A stretch of DNA of 62,699 nucleotides, filler included, from Globobulimina sp. (GCA_003354225.1; 27 parts of 27 records of this genome joined end to end with filler, not necessarily neighbours in it); one strand, 5' to 3'. Shown: positions 11,238 through 22,951, counted from the whole stretch's first letter. Numbers and translations are program-made. The notes: generated from the sequence alone by a model not told the origin.

Positions 11238-11637
11238 CATTCCTGGTCGATGATTGGAAGAAAAAATTGTTAATTAGTAGTGAAAAAACAGTCAACCAGA
11301 ACTCAGGATCAAGCCCGGCTCCATACTCGCAGATTGCTTAATTTTTCATAATCCTATTTATAATTAAGTATATATTTATAACTTATACTACTAACTTAAA
11401 AAATATTTTTAAGCAAAGAAGTTCAGTAATCTTGGAGTTAAATTCAAAATATCAAATACATTGCAATTGTTTTGAATCACATATTTTGCAGTTTAAATTC
11501 CAATGTTCAACATATCCATTAATTTTACAATTTGAACNNNNNNNNNNNNNNNNNNNNNNNNNNNNNNNNNNNNNNNNNNNNTTAATTAATTAANNNNNNN
11601 NNNNNNNNNNNNNNNNNNNNNNNNNNNNNNNNNNNNN

Positions 11638-11788
11638 TTGAGGACAAACCGAGGACATATATATTAACTTAATTGAGGACAAACCGAGGACATATATATT
11701 AACTTAATTGAGGACAAACTGAGGACATATATATTAGTTTAATCGAGGACAAACTGAGGACATATATATTAGTTTAATCGAGGACAAA
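11638..11788 (+). repeat. Tandem 35-bp repeats (4 full plus a partial copy; iteron- or centromere-like)
   Basis: Unit TTGAGGACAAACCGAGGACATATATATTAACTTAA with minor variants; followed by an AT-rich tract and parA; the array runs to the contig edge. Confidence 0.9.
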
Positions 11789-12018
11789 TTTTTTAATCTA
11801 ATTAAAGATCTACTTTTAAAAAAAATATATATGAAAATATATCTTCCACAAAAAAAATAATTTTACGGCACGGATGATAAATGCACAAAAAATAAATACT
11901 GTGAGTAAATATTCCAAAAGTGGTAAAAAGAAAAACTTTTCTACACTATTAAATTGCTTTTTTAACAAAAAGAGTTAAAATACTAGTTTTATGTTAAAAG
12001 AATGGAGTGCAATAAATA

Positions 12019-12990
12019 ATGCAAAATCTTAGACTTCCACAGCTATCAATGTTAACAGGAGTGAAAAGACATACTTTAAATGCTCGTGTTAAAAGCAGCA
12101 TTCCTGCACAAGAAATAAATAAAAATAAAGCAAATCAAGTAATTTTAAACCAACTACAAACAAAAAATATTATAAACGATATCATAAATGAAGATCAAAG
12201 CATGATCTTATATATTGGTAACTTGAAAGGGGGAGTCGGAAAAACCACGCTATCATATTTATTATCTAATGCAACGTCTATGTTAGGGATAAAAACTTGT
12301 GCAATAGATATTGATATTCAATCTAACTTAACAAGCCAATATATAGATATAAACACAGAGCAACCCGTATTTCTAGATATAATAAAAGGAACAAAAAGCT
12401 TAGATGAAGCAACAATTACTATTAACGAATATTTATCAATCATTCCATCTTCATTGAGAAATAGTCTCGTAGAAAAAGAATTATCTATGCAAAAATCCAA
12501 ACATCTACTTAATTGGATTAATGAATTATGCATAGAAGAGTTAAAGAGTAAATATGATGTGATCATCATAGATACTCCGCCAAGTTTAACAACACTAAAT
12601 TCTGTATTTTGTCTGGGATTATCTGGCAAAGATAGAATTGTAATCCCAGTATGTGCTGAAGAATTCTCCGCAGTAGGAGTAAAGATGTTTTTGGGAGATG
12701 TAATTGAAATTAGAAGTTCTTATAATGTTACAGAAGAGCTAAATATATCTATTGTTATGAATAAGTTCTTTCAAACCCAAAAGAACAATTTACAGCTACT
12801 TGGCAAGATGTCAAATGAATATGAAGGAATACTATCAGAAATCATCTTTAGAGATAATGCCCAAATTAGAGAATTAATGAATAATAAAACCCCTATAAAT
12901 GAAATTAAGAAGGGTAAAGAGATCTACTCTATGCTTTCAGCTCTATTAAAAGAATTTAATATTCTTAAAGAAAAAGAAAAGGAAATTTAA
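12019..12990 (+). CDS. parA: ParA-family ATPase with N-terminal extension (bacterial, plasmid-type)
   Basis: KGGVGKTT deviant Walker A, DIDIQSNLT, IIIDTPPSL; GGAG Shine-Dalgarno-like sequence upstream. Confidence 0.93.
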   Translation: MQNLRLPQLSMLTGVKRHTLNARVKSSIPAQEINKNKANQVILNQLQTKNIINDIINEDQSMILYIGNLKGGVGKTTLSYLLSNATSMLGIKTCAIDIDIQSNLTSQYIDINTEQPVFLDIIKGTKSLDEATITINEYLSIIPSSLRNSLVEKELSMQKSKHLLNWINELCIEELKSKYDVIIIDTPPSLTTLNSVFCLGLSGKDRIVIPVCAEEFSAVGVKMFLGDVIEIRSSYNVTEELNISIVMNKFFQTQKNNLQLLGKMSNEYEGILSEIIFRDNAQIRELMNNKTPINEIKKGKEIYSMLSALLKEFNILKEKEKEI

Positions 12991-13864
12991 GTGGCAATCA
13001 AATTACAGGATATGCTCAAAAAAGCTCAAGTGAAAGGGTATACTACCAAAGCTCATATCAGTCCTTGGCAATCTAACAGTAATGTAAGAACTGATTCAAA
13101 ATTAACGACGCCAATTTCTCAAGAAAAAAAAGATGACAAGATAAAAACTCAAGAAGAAATAATAATAATAAGTGAGGACAAACCGAAGTCAGTATTAAGG
13201 ACAAACCAGGGACAAAAGAGAAGACAAAACGAGAACAAACAGGAGACAGTTCAAGGACAAACTGAGGACAAACTGAGGACGGAACCGAGGACAAATCGAG
13301 AACACTCTCATAATACAATAAACTCGTATTATGCTTTATCAGGCCTACAGCGAAAAATTGTATTATATATATATCATATTTGTTGTGTCGCAAAAGATTC
13401 TTTAACACCACCTATAGCTTTACAGACAATTACAAGTCATTGTAAATCCACAACTTTTTCCGTGAAAAAAACAATTCAGAGATTAATACAAAACGATATT
13501 TTGATTAGAGCACAATATAAAAGCGGAAGAGGGGGATGGACAATTTATAGCATCTCCAAAGATATACATAATGAGATTTTACTTGATAAAAATTTTAGCA
13601 TTTCTAACACAAATTATTCAGATAATGCTTTTAATTCGAGGACGGAAACGAGGACAACTGCTCCTAGTAGTAGTAGTAATACAAATACTACTACTGAACT
13701 GTCTAGTGAGTGGACACAAATAAATTTTGATGATTTGCAAAGTTATGGCTTTAGTAAAAACCATATCCAGCAGATAGCCAAGTTAGATACGATGTCTCCA
13801 ACTGATTTGCAGTTAGCAATTGATTGTTTTGTTTTTGATTTACAGGAAAATGGTAAAGCCAGTG
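12991..13864 (+). CDS. Putative plasmid replication initiator / winged-helix protein (truncated)
   Basis: GTG start abuts the parA stop, with AAGGA upstream. wHTH-like segment LSGLQRKIVLYI..SVKKTIQRLIQNDILIR..GRGGWTIY. Contains internal GAGGACAAAC repeats. Confidence 0.6.
13174..13305 (+). repeat. Intragenic ~11-bp repeat array (AGGACAAACTG-like)
   Basis: About 10 variously degenerate copies at 11-12 bp spacing with the same core as the 11638-11788 array; two more at 13638-13660. Confidence 0.85.
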
Positions 13865-14305
13865 NNNNNNNNNNNNNNNNNNNNNNNNNNNNNNNNNNNN
13901 NNNNNNNNTTAATTAATTAANNNNNNNNNNNNNNNNNNNNNNNNNNNNNNNNNNNNNNNNNNNNGATGGTGGTTCCATTATCACCATTCTAAAAAAACTG
14001 AAACGAAATCCTTTCGAACCATTCTACAGGGAAAGTATATGTTTGTAAACTAAAGGGGCCACATTCCAGCGTATATATAACTATCACATATACAGCAGTC
14101 AGAAACATGAGAAATAGAACACAAAGCCGCTTGTTTTCGCGGATCGATATCTGTTGTGATTGTAACAACTAACAAATTGCTCATATCGCTTTAGTTTGGG
14201 GGTTGGCACTTGGCAGTCATCTGTAGACAGTAATTTAAGAGTTGCAGTTGACAGAAAAAACAGTGTTAAAGATTAGTCTAAAGTTATTCAACGAGGTTCG
14301 TCTAT

Positions 14306-15457
14306 CTAAAGTATTGCGGCTTGAACCATAACCCACTGATGATCACTACATCGATGGTCAACATCTCCAACACATTTGGCAATCACTTTAAATGATTTTG
14401 ACAATAAGCACCAATCCAATTTGGCTTTAAACAAACCTTTGAATGAATAAAATGTAAAATCATTCACTTTGTGAAATGGATCACGAAAATCCAAATCATA
14501 TTTTAAGTTTCCATAATTAACAGCTTCGCAATTAAAATATTCCGATTCTGACATTCCAAGAGTGCCTATCATTGATTTCAAATCTGGCGAGACAACAAAA
14601 TTCAATCTGGCAATACCGGTACAAACAGTATTGAAATCACCACATAATATTTGATATTTTAATTTGTTTTCGATCCTTTGCTGTTTCACATTTTCTAATA
14701 TTTGAAGGTATTGACTTATTCGTCCAGCCACACCACAATAATGAGGCTCTAAATGCAGCGAATAAACGCCAATGCAAATACCATTCACCTTAATAATTGA
14801 GGCACATTCGGTATGTCTCCCTCTTTCATGTTTATGTTTTGTCCGCACACAATCTATGATTAAACCATTTGTATCAATAAAATCATATTTGCTCAAAACA
14901 GCATTTCCTTCATATCCATATCCATTCATTGTTGCTTGTTTCTTATTTATTATCTGTTCACAGCAAAACAATGTATTCAACTTTAATTCGCTACCAATTT
15001 CACCCAAAATATCCACATAATTTGCACGTTGTGTATTAATATCAACCTCTTGCAAACAATAAATATCTGCATCCAATGATTGAAATAACTTTATTATCGC
15101 ATCAATTTTTCTTCCTTTTTCAATGTTAAAACTAACAATCTTTAACTGAGTTGTTTTCTTATTTTCTGCTGATTTATCTCTGAAATCTCGAATCAATGTA
15201 TCTCCAACGCTTAATTTCTTCGTTAGAATTGGCAATAATTGTGATTTTGGTTTGGAATAAATAACGAACGGTGAGAGGAATATGGAATCAATACCGCTGA
15301 AATATAATTGACGGTAATATGCAAAGATTAGTTTCAGAGCGAAAATCAATGCGATAAGCACAGTGGTACCAATTAAAAGATTCCAAAAAGAGATGTCAAC
15401 GCTTGATAATAACTTTACAATTAAACCAGAAACCATTACAAAAATACAGATCGCCAT
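14306..15457 (-). CDS. Endonuclease/exonuclease/phosphatase (EEP) family protein with N-terminal TM segments
   Basis: SFNIEKG, ADIYCLQEVD, GNAVLSKY, SLHLE, CGDFNT, KLDW, SDH. Confidence 0.92.
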   Translation of the reverse strand: MAICIFVMVSGLIVKLLSSVDISFWNLLIGTTVLIALIFALKLIFAYYRQLYFSGIDSIFLSPFVIYSKPKSQLLPILTKKLSVGDTLIRDFRDKSAENKKTTQLKIVSFNIEKGRKIDAIIKLFQSLDADIYCLQEVDINTQRANYVDILGEIGSELKLNTLFCCEQIINKKQATMNGYGYEGNAVLSKYDFIDTNGLIIDCVRTKHKHERGRHTECASIIKVNGICIGVYSLHLEPHYCGVAGRISQYLQILENVKQQRIENKLKYQILCGDFNTVCTGIARLNFVVSPDLKSMIGTLGMSESEYFNCEAVNYGNLKYDLDFRDPFHKVNDFTFYSFKGLFKAKLDWCLLSKSFKVIAKCVGDVDHRCSDHQWVMVQAAIL

Positions 15458-15602
15458 GTTTCGTTTAGCATAAAAGAAAGTTTTTTCATCAACAATCTAC
15501 TTTAACTAAAACACTCTTCCTCCCATCACCACTCCTTCTCCACTCACAAACGTTAACAAACCCAAATCCAAACCCAAAAAAAAGTAACGTACAAAAATCA
15601 AA

Positions 15603-16191
15603 ATGATTAAAACCATCTTCGCCTCGTTGTTTGCAGCTTATTCATTAACCTCCGGCCAAGGAGTCGAAGTGCCAGCGCCAGGCCAAGGAGCAGGAGCAGG
15701 AAGCCCACCGGGATGGGTTCCAGTGCCAATCCCAACTGGCGGCGCCGCACAATCCACCGTCTTGGAATGCGTATTAGCTCACACTGATCCCGCCGGATGT
15801 GCAGGAAGAGCCACCACCATCACCAATGCGGCCACCAATTTCAAAATGGAATGCAGCAACATCGGCGCCTGCGCAGCCGCACAGATTTCGTTTATTTATG
15901 AGAATTCCAACGCCGAGCGAGTGGAACAATTATGTTTTAGTGAGCAATATGCCGGTTATGGTGCGACCGTAATAATGGACTCCACCAACTCTGCCATCAA
16001 ACAATATATCGATAAATTCGAGTGCAAAGCGTACGGTGCCTGCGAGAATGTCAATGTTAAATTATTTGGCGGCTCTTCTATCAATGACGTTGATTGTGGT
16101 CGTCCTGAATATTGTTCTAATTGCAATATCCATGAATGTGAATGGGGCGCCGCTGATGCCGAAGGTAACCGAGTCGAATTATGTGGTACCC
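15603..16191 (+). CDS. Secreted Cys-rich protein (truncated)
   Basis: Signal peptide, Gly/Pro linker, repeated C-x4-AC-type motifs; higher GC than flanks. Confidence 0.75.
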
Positions 16192-16681
16192 NNNNNNNNN
16201 NNNNNNNNNNNNNNNNNNNNNNNNNNNNNNNNNNNTTAATTAATTAANNNNNNNNNNNNNNNNNNNNNNNNNNNNNNNNNNNNNNNNNNNNATTTTCTTT
16301 GTACAGTCTTTCTTCTGTTCATCTGAGTCAATGCAGCATTTTAGTGTCACCACTTTGTGTGTAAATGACGTTGACATTCTCAAAACAAGAAACGTTTGAG
16401 AAAAGTTTTTGCAATTGTTTTGCATCGAATATTTGTGCTGAAAACAGGTTCTTTTTTAGACTCATAACGTTTTTATGTACTTCTAAAGTTTGTATACCAT
16501 CGAGAAACGATCATCAAAAAAAATATATAATTAATTATACTAACCGAAAGCGAGCGAGAGAGAGAGAAAATGTACGTTGGCCAATATATGTATATATATA
16601 TTACCACAATGTAATCAAACAAAAAGTATATACAAAGGAATAAATAAATAACAATAATATAGCTTAGATTTGAACATATAA

Positions 16682-18333
16682 TCATAATGTATTACCACTT
16701 ATATATGGTCTTAATGTTTGAATCATTTGTTTTGTTTTCTCAATGATTGCTTGGTTTTGTTTCTGTGTTTCACCATCAAATTGTTGAAATAATGACTGTA
16801 TGTTTTGATAAATATGATATGATTTATTATAATTACCTTTTGTACACAACACATCGCTCCATTCATATAAGGCTTGCACATATTCAGTACTATGCGTTGA
16901 AAATAAATGCTTTACAATTTTGACGGTTTCAAGATAAGCTTCGGCGGATTTATCCCAAAATTGCATCGACTTTTGTGTGTTTTTAACAGCATATGTTTTT
17001 GTAGAATTTATATAAACAACGCTGCAAAATTCTTGTGCTATACATTTGTAGCATAATGCCTTATTTTTTATGTTGTTTTTAAATAAAATATGTATATTAA
17101 ATTCTGATTACAAATAAACGAAACTTACAGTATTACGGTATAAATCCCTATCATATAAATCGTACGGCTTTGCTTTACTTTTTTGTATTTCTAACAATAA
17201 TAATATTGCTTTATTAAATATTTGTGCTGCAGCATGCAATTGTTTTGCATCGAATAATGCTCTGCCTTTTGTGCATAATATGTGATAAATAGCTTCTTTG
17301 TCGTGGCTAACATAAATAGCTTCCTCTAATAAGCCAAATGCAGTTAAATACTCTTCTTGTTTTATATATACATCAGCCATACCTCGCAATATATATGCTT
17401 TTAAATTCTTAAATCTATTCCCATCCAATTCATACAATAATTGTGCCTCATTATACATTGTCAGCGCAGAGCCTAACTGAGACAGTGTATCCTCTGTGTT
17501 CTCTGTATTCGCGCTCGTATTCTCCGTATATAATAAACCTAAATTCAGCACAATATTCATATGTTGACCAATAATATTATTCTTCTCTATTTCTGATAGG
17601 AATAATGTTGAATTATATAATAAATATATGATATTTAAGCATTCAACAAAAGATGATACTGCCCGTTTTCTTGTATTCTTGTTACTTATTAATGAATTTG
17701 CGCGGTCATAAAGAATACGGCCACATTTTAATAATTCATCTTTGCTCATTTTACTATATTTATTGTGCGATATTTTTGCAATATTTGCTATGCCTCTCTC
17801 CGTATTAAAGTTTCTATGTTTTACATCAAACATAATATGTTTACATGATATTGTTTTTAACAAAAACATTAAATACAAACAAACTTTGCAATAAATTGAT
17901 TTATTAAATCATTTTTCTGTGGTACTGACCATGTATTTGGTCGTTTTGGCGGATATTTCTTTGCTTCAATCTTTTCATCGTAATGTACAGATTCGTGATC
18001 ATCATCACTGACACGGACAGATGCTGAGGCTGAGTATGGATAAGGATGGTTATCATTGCGTTTATTAAGATATCTATATTTTGATCTGTATTTTGCATTG
18101 TTATATGGTAAGTTACTCAAATGTTTATTGTTATTGTTAGTGTTTCTAATCAGAGATCGTGAATTGGAATTTTTTGAATGTGTGGTATAATTTATTTGAA
18201 AATTGGTTGTCATTGAATCAGAATTATTGTCATTTGATACAAAATCATAAAATGATTGTAGGTCTTGTTGATCGTCGTATGTTGTGGATTCTGTCGTCTT
18301 TCTTGTTAATTTAAGGTCTTCTAATGTATGCAT
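16682..18333 (-). CDS. TPR-like protein, 3 exons (introns 17814-17884 and 17060-17128)
   Basis: GT-AG introns join ORFs 17869-18333, 17108-17878 and 16682-16966 in frame; TPR-like helices (ILRGMADVYIKQEEYLTAFGLLEEAI). Confidence 0.75.
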
Positions 18334-18863
18334 TGCTTGCTTCTCTAAGTTTTTTTACAAGTTTTCTAAAAGATAACATCTGGAAAACAGACGGTTATGA
18401 AAAAATAATTCAATTTAATCGCAAAGAAAAACAAATAACAACTGATCATGACCACGCAATCAATTGCAAAGAAAAACAAAATGATAAAACAATTAAATAT
18501 TAGATAGTTAAAAAACGTNNNNNNNNNNNNNNNNNNNNNNNNNNNNNNNNNNNNNNNNNNNNTTAATTAATTAANNNNNNNNNNNNNNNNNNNNNNNNNN
18601 NNNNNNNNNNNNNNNNNNAACCTCTTTGGTAGTGGCTGTACAACTTTCTCTTGTTTTTGTTTCTATTTCAAACATATTATTTAAAGTAAGTATTTTATAC
18701 AATGTTTGAATCACAGGATCATCCAACATCACTGTCATCACATTGAAAACATATTTATCGTGACATGTATTCCTTACATACCTAAGAGTGCATATTTTTT
18801 AGTATGTATGTTTTGTTTTGCTCAGCGAAAAAAACAAGAGCCTTTTAATATATCGATTAAAAC

Positions 18864-20845
18864 ATGGGTGCTATGTTTGCAGCGATAGCTAACTCTACCG
18901 AGTTTGAAGCAACTTTGGATGACTCAATGGTAATAGGTTCCGGACGTAAGAAACTGCCAAATGTCAACACAATTGAACAAATCGTTGAATTAATTAGAAA
19001 CTCATCCAATATTTTAGTACTGACAGGTGCTGGAATATCTGTATCAGCGGGAATCCCTGATTTTCGATCCGAAAATGGATTATATTGTAGCTTAAAAGAA
19101 GAATTCAATTTGGATGATCCGAGTGCCATGTTTGACATTCATTATTTCATCCAAGATCCATCGCTGTTTTATTCATTGAGTGGTCACATTTGTCCAGGAT
19201 TTGATGAGAATGAAATTAAATATTATCCCACGCCAACTCATTATTTCATAAAATCATTGGAATTAAAATCAAAATTACTCCGAAATTATACGCAAAACAT
19301 CGATACGTTAGAAATGAGAGCAGGTTTAAAAAATATTGTAACATGTCATGGATCATACAGTACAGCGTCGTGTATTAATTGTCAATTTAAAGTGAATGGT
19401 ATTCATATTGAAAAGCATTTATTCAATGCAAAAATAGCATTTTGTCCTTATTGTTGTCCTCATAAATCAGATTTGAAATATTTATTAAAAGATATCAACA
19501 ACGAAAGTAACACACATAAAGCAATTATTACACAAAATAAAGGTGCAAATATCTTATTTATACGCTTACCAAAACTGTTATGTTGCCTGCAATATTTGGA
19601 AAAATGTCCCATTTTGCTCAGTTTTGACGAAAATATATTACAAAAAGCAATATATGATGTTAATGAAATAGATGTGGATGATACTAATAACAATTTTAAA
19701 ATATTGGTACTAAAATGCAATGATAGGATGCTATTACAAATATGCAAAGATGCAATAATGCAATGGCTGCAAACTGATGTTATGTTAAACTCATTTGGCT
19801 GCATAAAACCTGATGTTGTATTTTTCAATGAATGTTTATCTAAAAATTATCGAAGTACGTTGCAAGCAGATATAAAACAATGTGATTTATTGCTAGTTAT
19901 TGGTACATCATTGCAGGTTGAACCCGTCAGTCTGATTCCAAATATGATCGCAAATAACATTCCGTGTGTCTTGATAAACAGAGAAGTCGTTGGATATCCA
20001 AATCTAACATTTGATGTTAACTTATTAGGAAAGTGTGATGATATTTGTATGACATTGATGCATAAATTAAATTGGAAAGCTATTAATGAGACAAAGGAGG
20101 AAAGCAAAGACTTTATTGACTATGAATTTATTCCACCAAATTACTATTTATTTCCAAATGGAAAATTACCGCCACCGAGTTATGTATTTCCAGAGAGAGA
20201 ATCTCAACGTACTGCCACAATATTATCTGATGTTGATATGATTGTTAATGATATAATAAAAGAGGAACGGGGGAAAAGTGGGAATAAACCAATTGAAACA
20301 GTGGAAATCCATAAATGTGACATTCATTATTTCAACAAACAACTATTAATATATGGATATATTCGGGGTTTATCAAATAAATTTGAATCGTTGCTGTTGG
20401 TTATGGATATAATCTGTAATTTTTATACAAGAATACCAATGTTAACCAATTGTTTTTTTATGTATGGTGCTTTGAGAGATGATATTGATATCGATGGTGA
20501 TGGCGAGGGTGCCAATGAATGGTGTGATGGATGCGATGGATATTTAGGGATTGTATATGGATTTAAATTGTTTGGGAGTAATTATGATAGAATTCCATTT
20601 GCAAAACAAACTGGAAATAAGAACGATTATATTATTGGAAGAATTATACATTTTGGGGATGATTTAGAATTTGAATGTCAATTAAATTGGGCGGATGCTG
20701 TAAATGGATATGATGCAAATGTTGATGATTTGAAACAGAATAATATGTTTATAAGGAAATATGTGCAATGTTATATATTTGATGAATTAAATGATAAAGA
20801 ATTAAACCAAATGGGTTATTATGATACGAATACCATTATTGATTT
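18864..20845 (+). CDS. SIR2: Class I sirtuin (Sir2/SIRT1-like) with a Zn-domain insertion and a C-terminal GGCT/AIG2-like domain (truncated)
   Basis: GAGISVSAGIPDFRS, YTQNID, CHGS, CxxC..CxxC, IKPDVVFFNE, GTSLQVEPV, INRE; C-terminal FFMYGALRDD..GFKLF..PFA..IIGRII. Confidence 0.92.
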
Positions 20846-20945
20846 NNNNNNNNNNNNNNNNNNNNNNNNNNNNNNNNNNNNNNNNNNNNTTAATTAATTA
20901 ANNNNNNNNNNNNNNNNNNNNNNNNNNNNNNNNNNNNNNNNNNNN

Positions 20946-22883
20946 AAAACGAAATCAATTACAACTGATCCCACCGAATCAACTCCATTGGACATTATCA
21001 AGACCTCATCGTCAGATCTTATTTGCCATACAATAGGCTCCAAACAAAGTGTATTACGCATTTGTAAATGGAATGATAATAATAAATTAAAAAACGGATA
21101 CACATTGCCTCAAAAACACGAAATAAACGGAATTTCACATTGTTATGATTATTTTAACCAAGAAACAATAATTTTGTCATGGACTAAACACAACGCAGTC
21201 TTTCTGGGCATGAATGAATCTAAAAATAACTATAAATTTGATGTAATTCAAGAATTTGAACCATCATCGAATGCCACATTCCAATCTGGAATATTATGTT
21301 CATTGCCTTTTGTATGGAACTCTGGCATTGAAGATTGTGCATTTTTCACCTCCAATGGATATCTTTCATTTTGCCAAAACAATGGCGATAAAACTAGGAA
21401 AATGGCATTATACAAAGACAAAGAGATACCATTTTGGAGTGAATTGATATGGAGCACACATCCACGGATTATACGGTTTAGTTCGGATATGGAGCTGTTG
21501 ACAATTGACTTGCGGATAAATAATAAATGTGCGCAGAAACATTTATATTTTGACCCGATTACCGGCATAAATGCACATAAAAATTTTATATCCACGGTAG
21601 GATTGCAAGGCTTGTCCGTGTATGATGATAGAATGTTGGCTAAGCCATTGATAAAATGGAGATTTTATGAGTTTGATTTTTTGATTGGCGATGATGTATT
21701 TTCTAAGTTACAAATCTATCCTTTGAATGATACAGACAGCGAATATTGGATCATTTGTTATGGTCAGAGTGGCAGGGTATTAATTTACCCATTTTATGCA
21801 AAAACAGACAGTCCACTTCGGTCAACAATGCCGTTCAATATCAATAAATATGTGCAATGTTTGGGAAATGGAAATGTTGATATTGGGATAAATGGTGTCT
21901 TGGCAGCCAATCATAAAAATAAACATCACATTATTACAATGTCTCGGTGTGGTACGTTATTATGCAATCAATTTGAACTAAAATTTCAAAATGATGAGAC
22001 TGAGATTGATTTAATGGAGTTACAAAATGCATTGCATGGAAAGAAAAAGAATGTAAATGTTGTTTATAATAAATGGAATAAACAGATTGGAAATGAATTA
22101 ATGAATGATAACAAATATGTACATGTTAATGTCATAAATCAAAGTAAAATGTTTTATCTTTGTAAAGAAATAGAAACACATAAAAACGATATTTTACTTT
22201 TCACAAAAACTCCTAAAAACATTGAGGACATTTATGGTGAGTTTAAAAATAAGTTTCACGATTTAAAAGGTTTGACATTGTTTGATTATTTTGATGTATT
22301 TATGAACTTAGAGATTGGATTGAATGTATTTAAAATCCAAAGTATTGCCAATATGGAGACAATTGAGGATGTGAACATATTGAATGTTATTAATACGTAT
22401 TTTGTGTCACAATTATTGGATGAAAATTATTTGCTGATTGAGGATAATGATATTGATGAGGAGGGAAAGGAAGAGACATTAGATGACGACACGAATGATA
22501 CTATTAATTTGAAACAAGAGGATAAATTGGATTTGAGTTATTTTTCTCAATTATCACAAGATGCGGCATCACAGCAAACAGAAACAATAGATTTGAATTG
22601 GAATAATATAAGTGATGGACAAGCAGATATTTTCAATGTGAATATTGATGACAATGATAATAATGGCACTCATTTATTTAATACAAGAAACGAAATAACT
22701 GAAACTTGCCAAACTTTATTGGATTCATTGTGTAATAAATGGCTGAATGGTGAGAATAACTATGTTGTCAATGATTGGAGAGTTCAAAATGGAAAAAATA
22801 ATATTGATTATAATGGAATGGCTGGAAAACGAGGATCTGCTCCAAAACACTTGAAAAGAAGACTAAAACGTGTTTGGTTATAA
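20946..22883 (+). CDS. TAF1C/Rrn6-like beta-propeller protein (5' truncated)
   Basis: WSTHPRII..TIDLR and VYDDRM..KPLIKW resemble RNA Pol I factor TAF1C/Rrn6 motifs; acidic C-terminus. Confidence 0.55.
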   Translation, partial: KTKSITTDPTESTPLDIIKTSSSDLICHTIGSKQSVLRICKWNDNNKLKNGYTLPQKHEINGISHCYDYFNQETIILSWTKHNAVFLGMNESKNNYKFDVIQEFEPSSNATFQSGILCSLPFVWNSGIEDCAFFTSNGYLSFCQNNGDKTRKMALYKDKEIPFWSELIWSTHPRIIRFSSDMELLTIDLRINNKCAQKHLYFDPITGINAHKNFISTVGLQGLSVYDDRMLAKPLIKWRFYEFDFLIGDDVFSKLQIYPLNDTDSEYWIICYGQSGRVLIYPFYAKTDSPLRSTMPFNINKYVQCLGNGNVDIGINGVLAANHKNKHHIITMSRCGTLLCNQFELKFQNDETEIDLMELQNALHGKKKNVNVVYNKWNKQIGNELMNDNKYVHVNVINQSKMFYLCKEIETHKNDILLFTKTPKNIEDIYGEFKNKFHDLKGLTLFDYFDVFMNLEIGLNVFKIQSIANMETIEDVNILNVINTYFVSQLLDENYLLIEDNDIDEEGKEETLDDDTNDTINLKQEDKLDLSYFSQLSQDAASQQTETIDLNWNNISDGQADIFNVNIDDNDNNGTHLFNTRNEITETCQTLLDSLCNKWLNGENNYVVNDWRVQNGKNNIDYNGMAGKRGSAPKHLKRRLKRVWL

Positions 22884-22951
22884 ATGCATTATTGTTTTGT
22901 CTTGTTGTTATTACAAAGAGATTGTTTGCAATGCATTTGCTTAATTTTGCT

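Noticed and set aside
11638-11788. CRISPR array
   Set aside because: Units are head-to-tail with no unique spacers, there are no cas genes, and the context is parA/rep.
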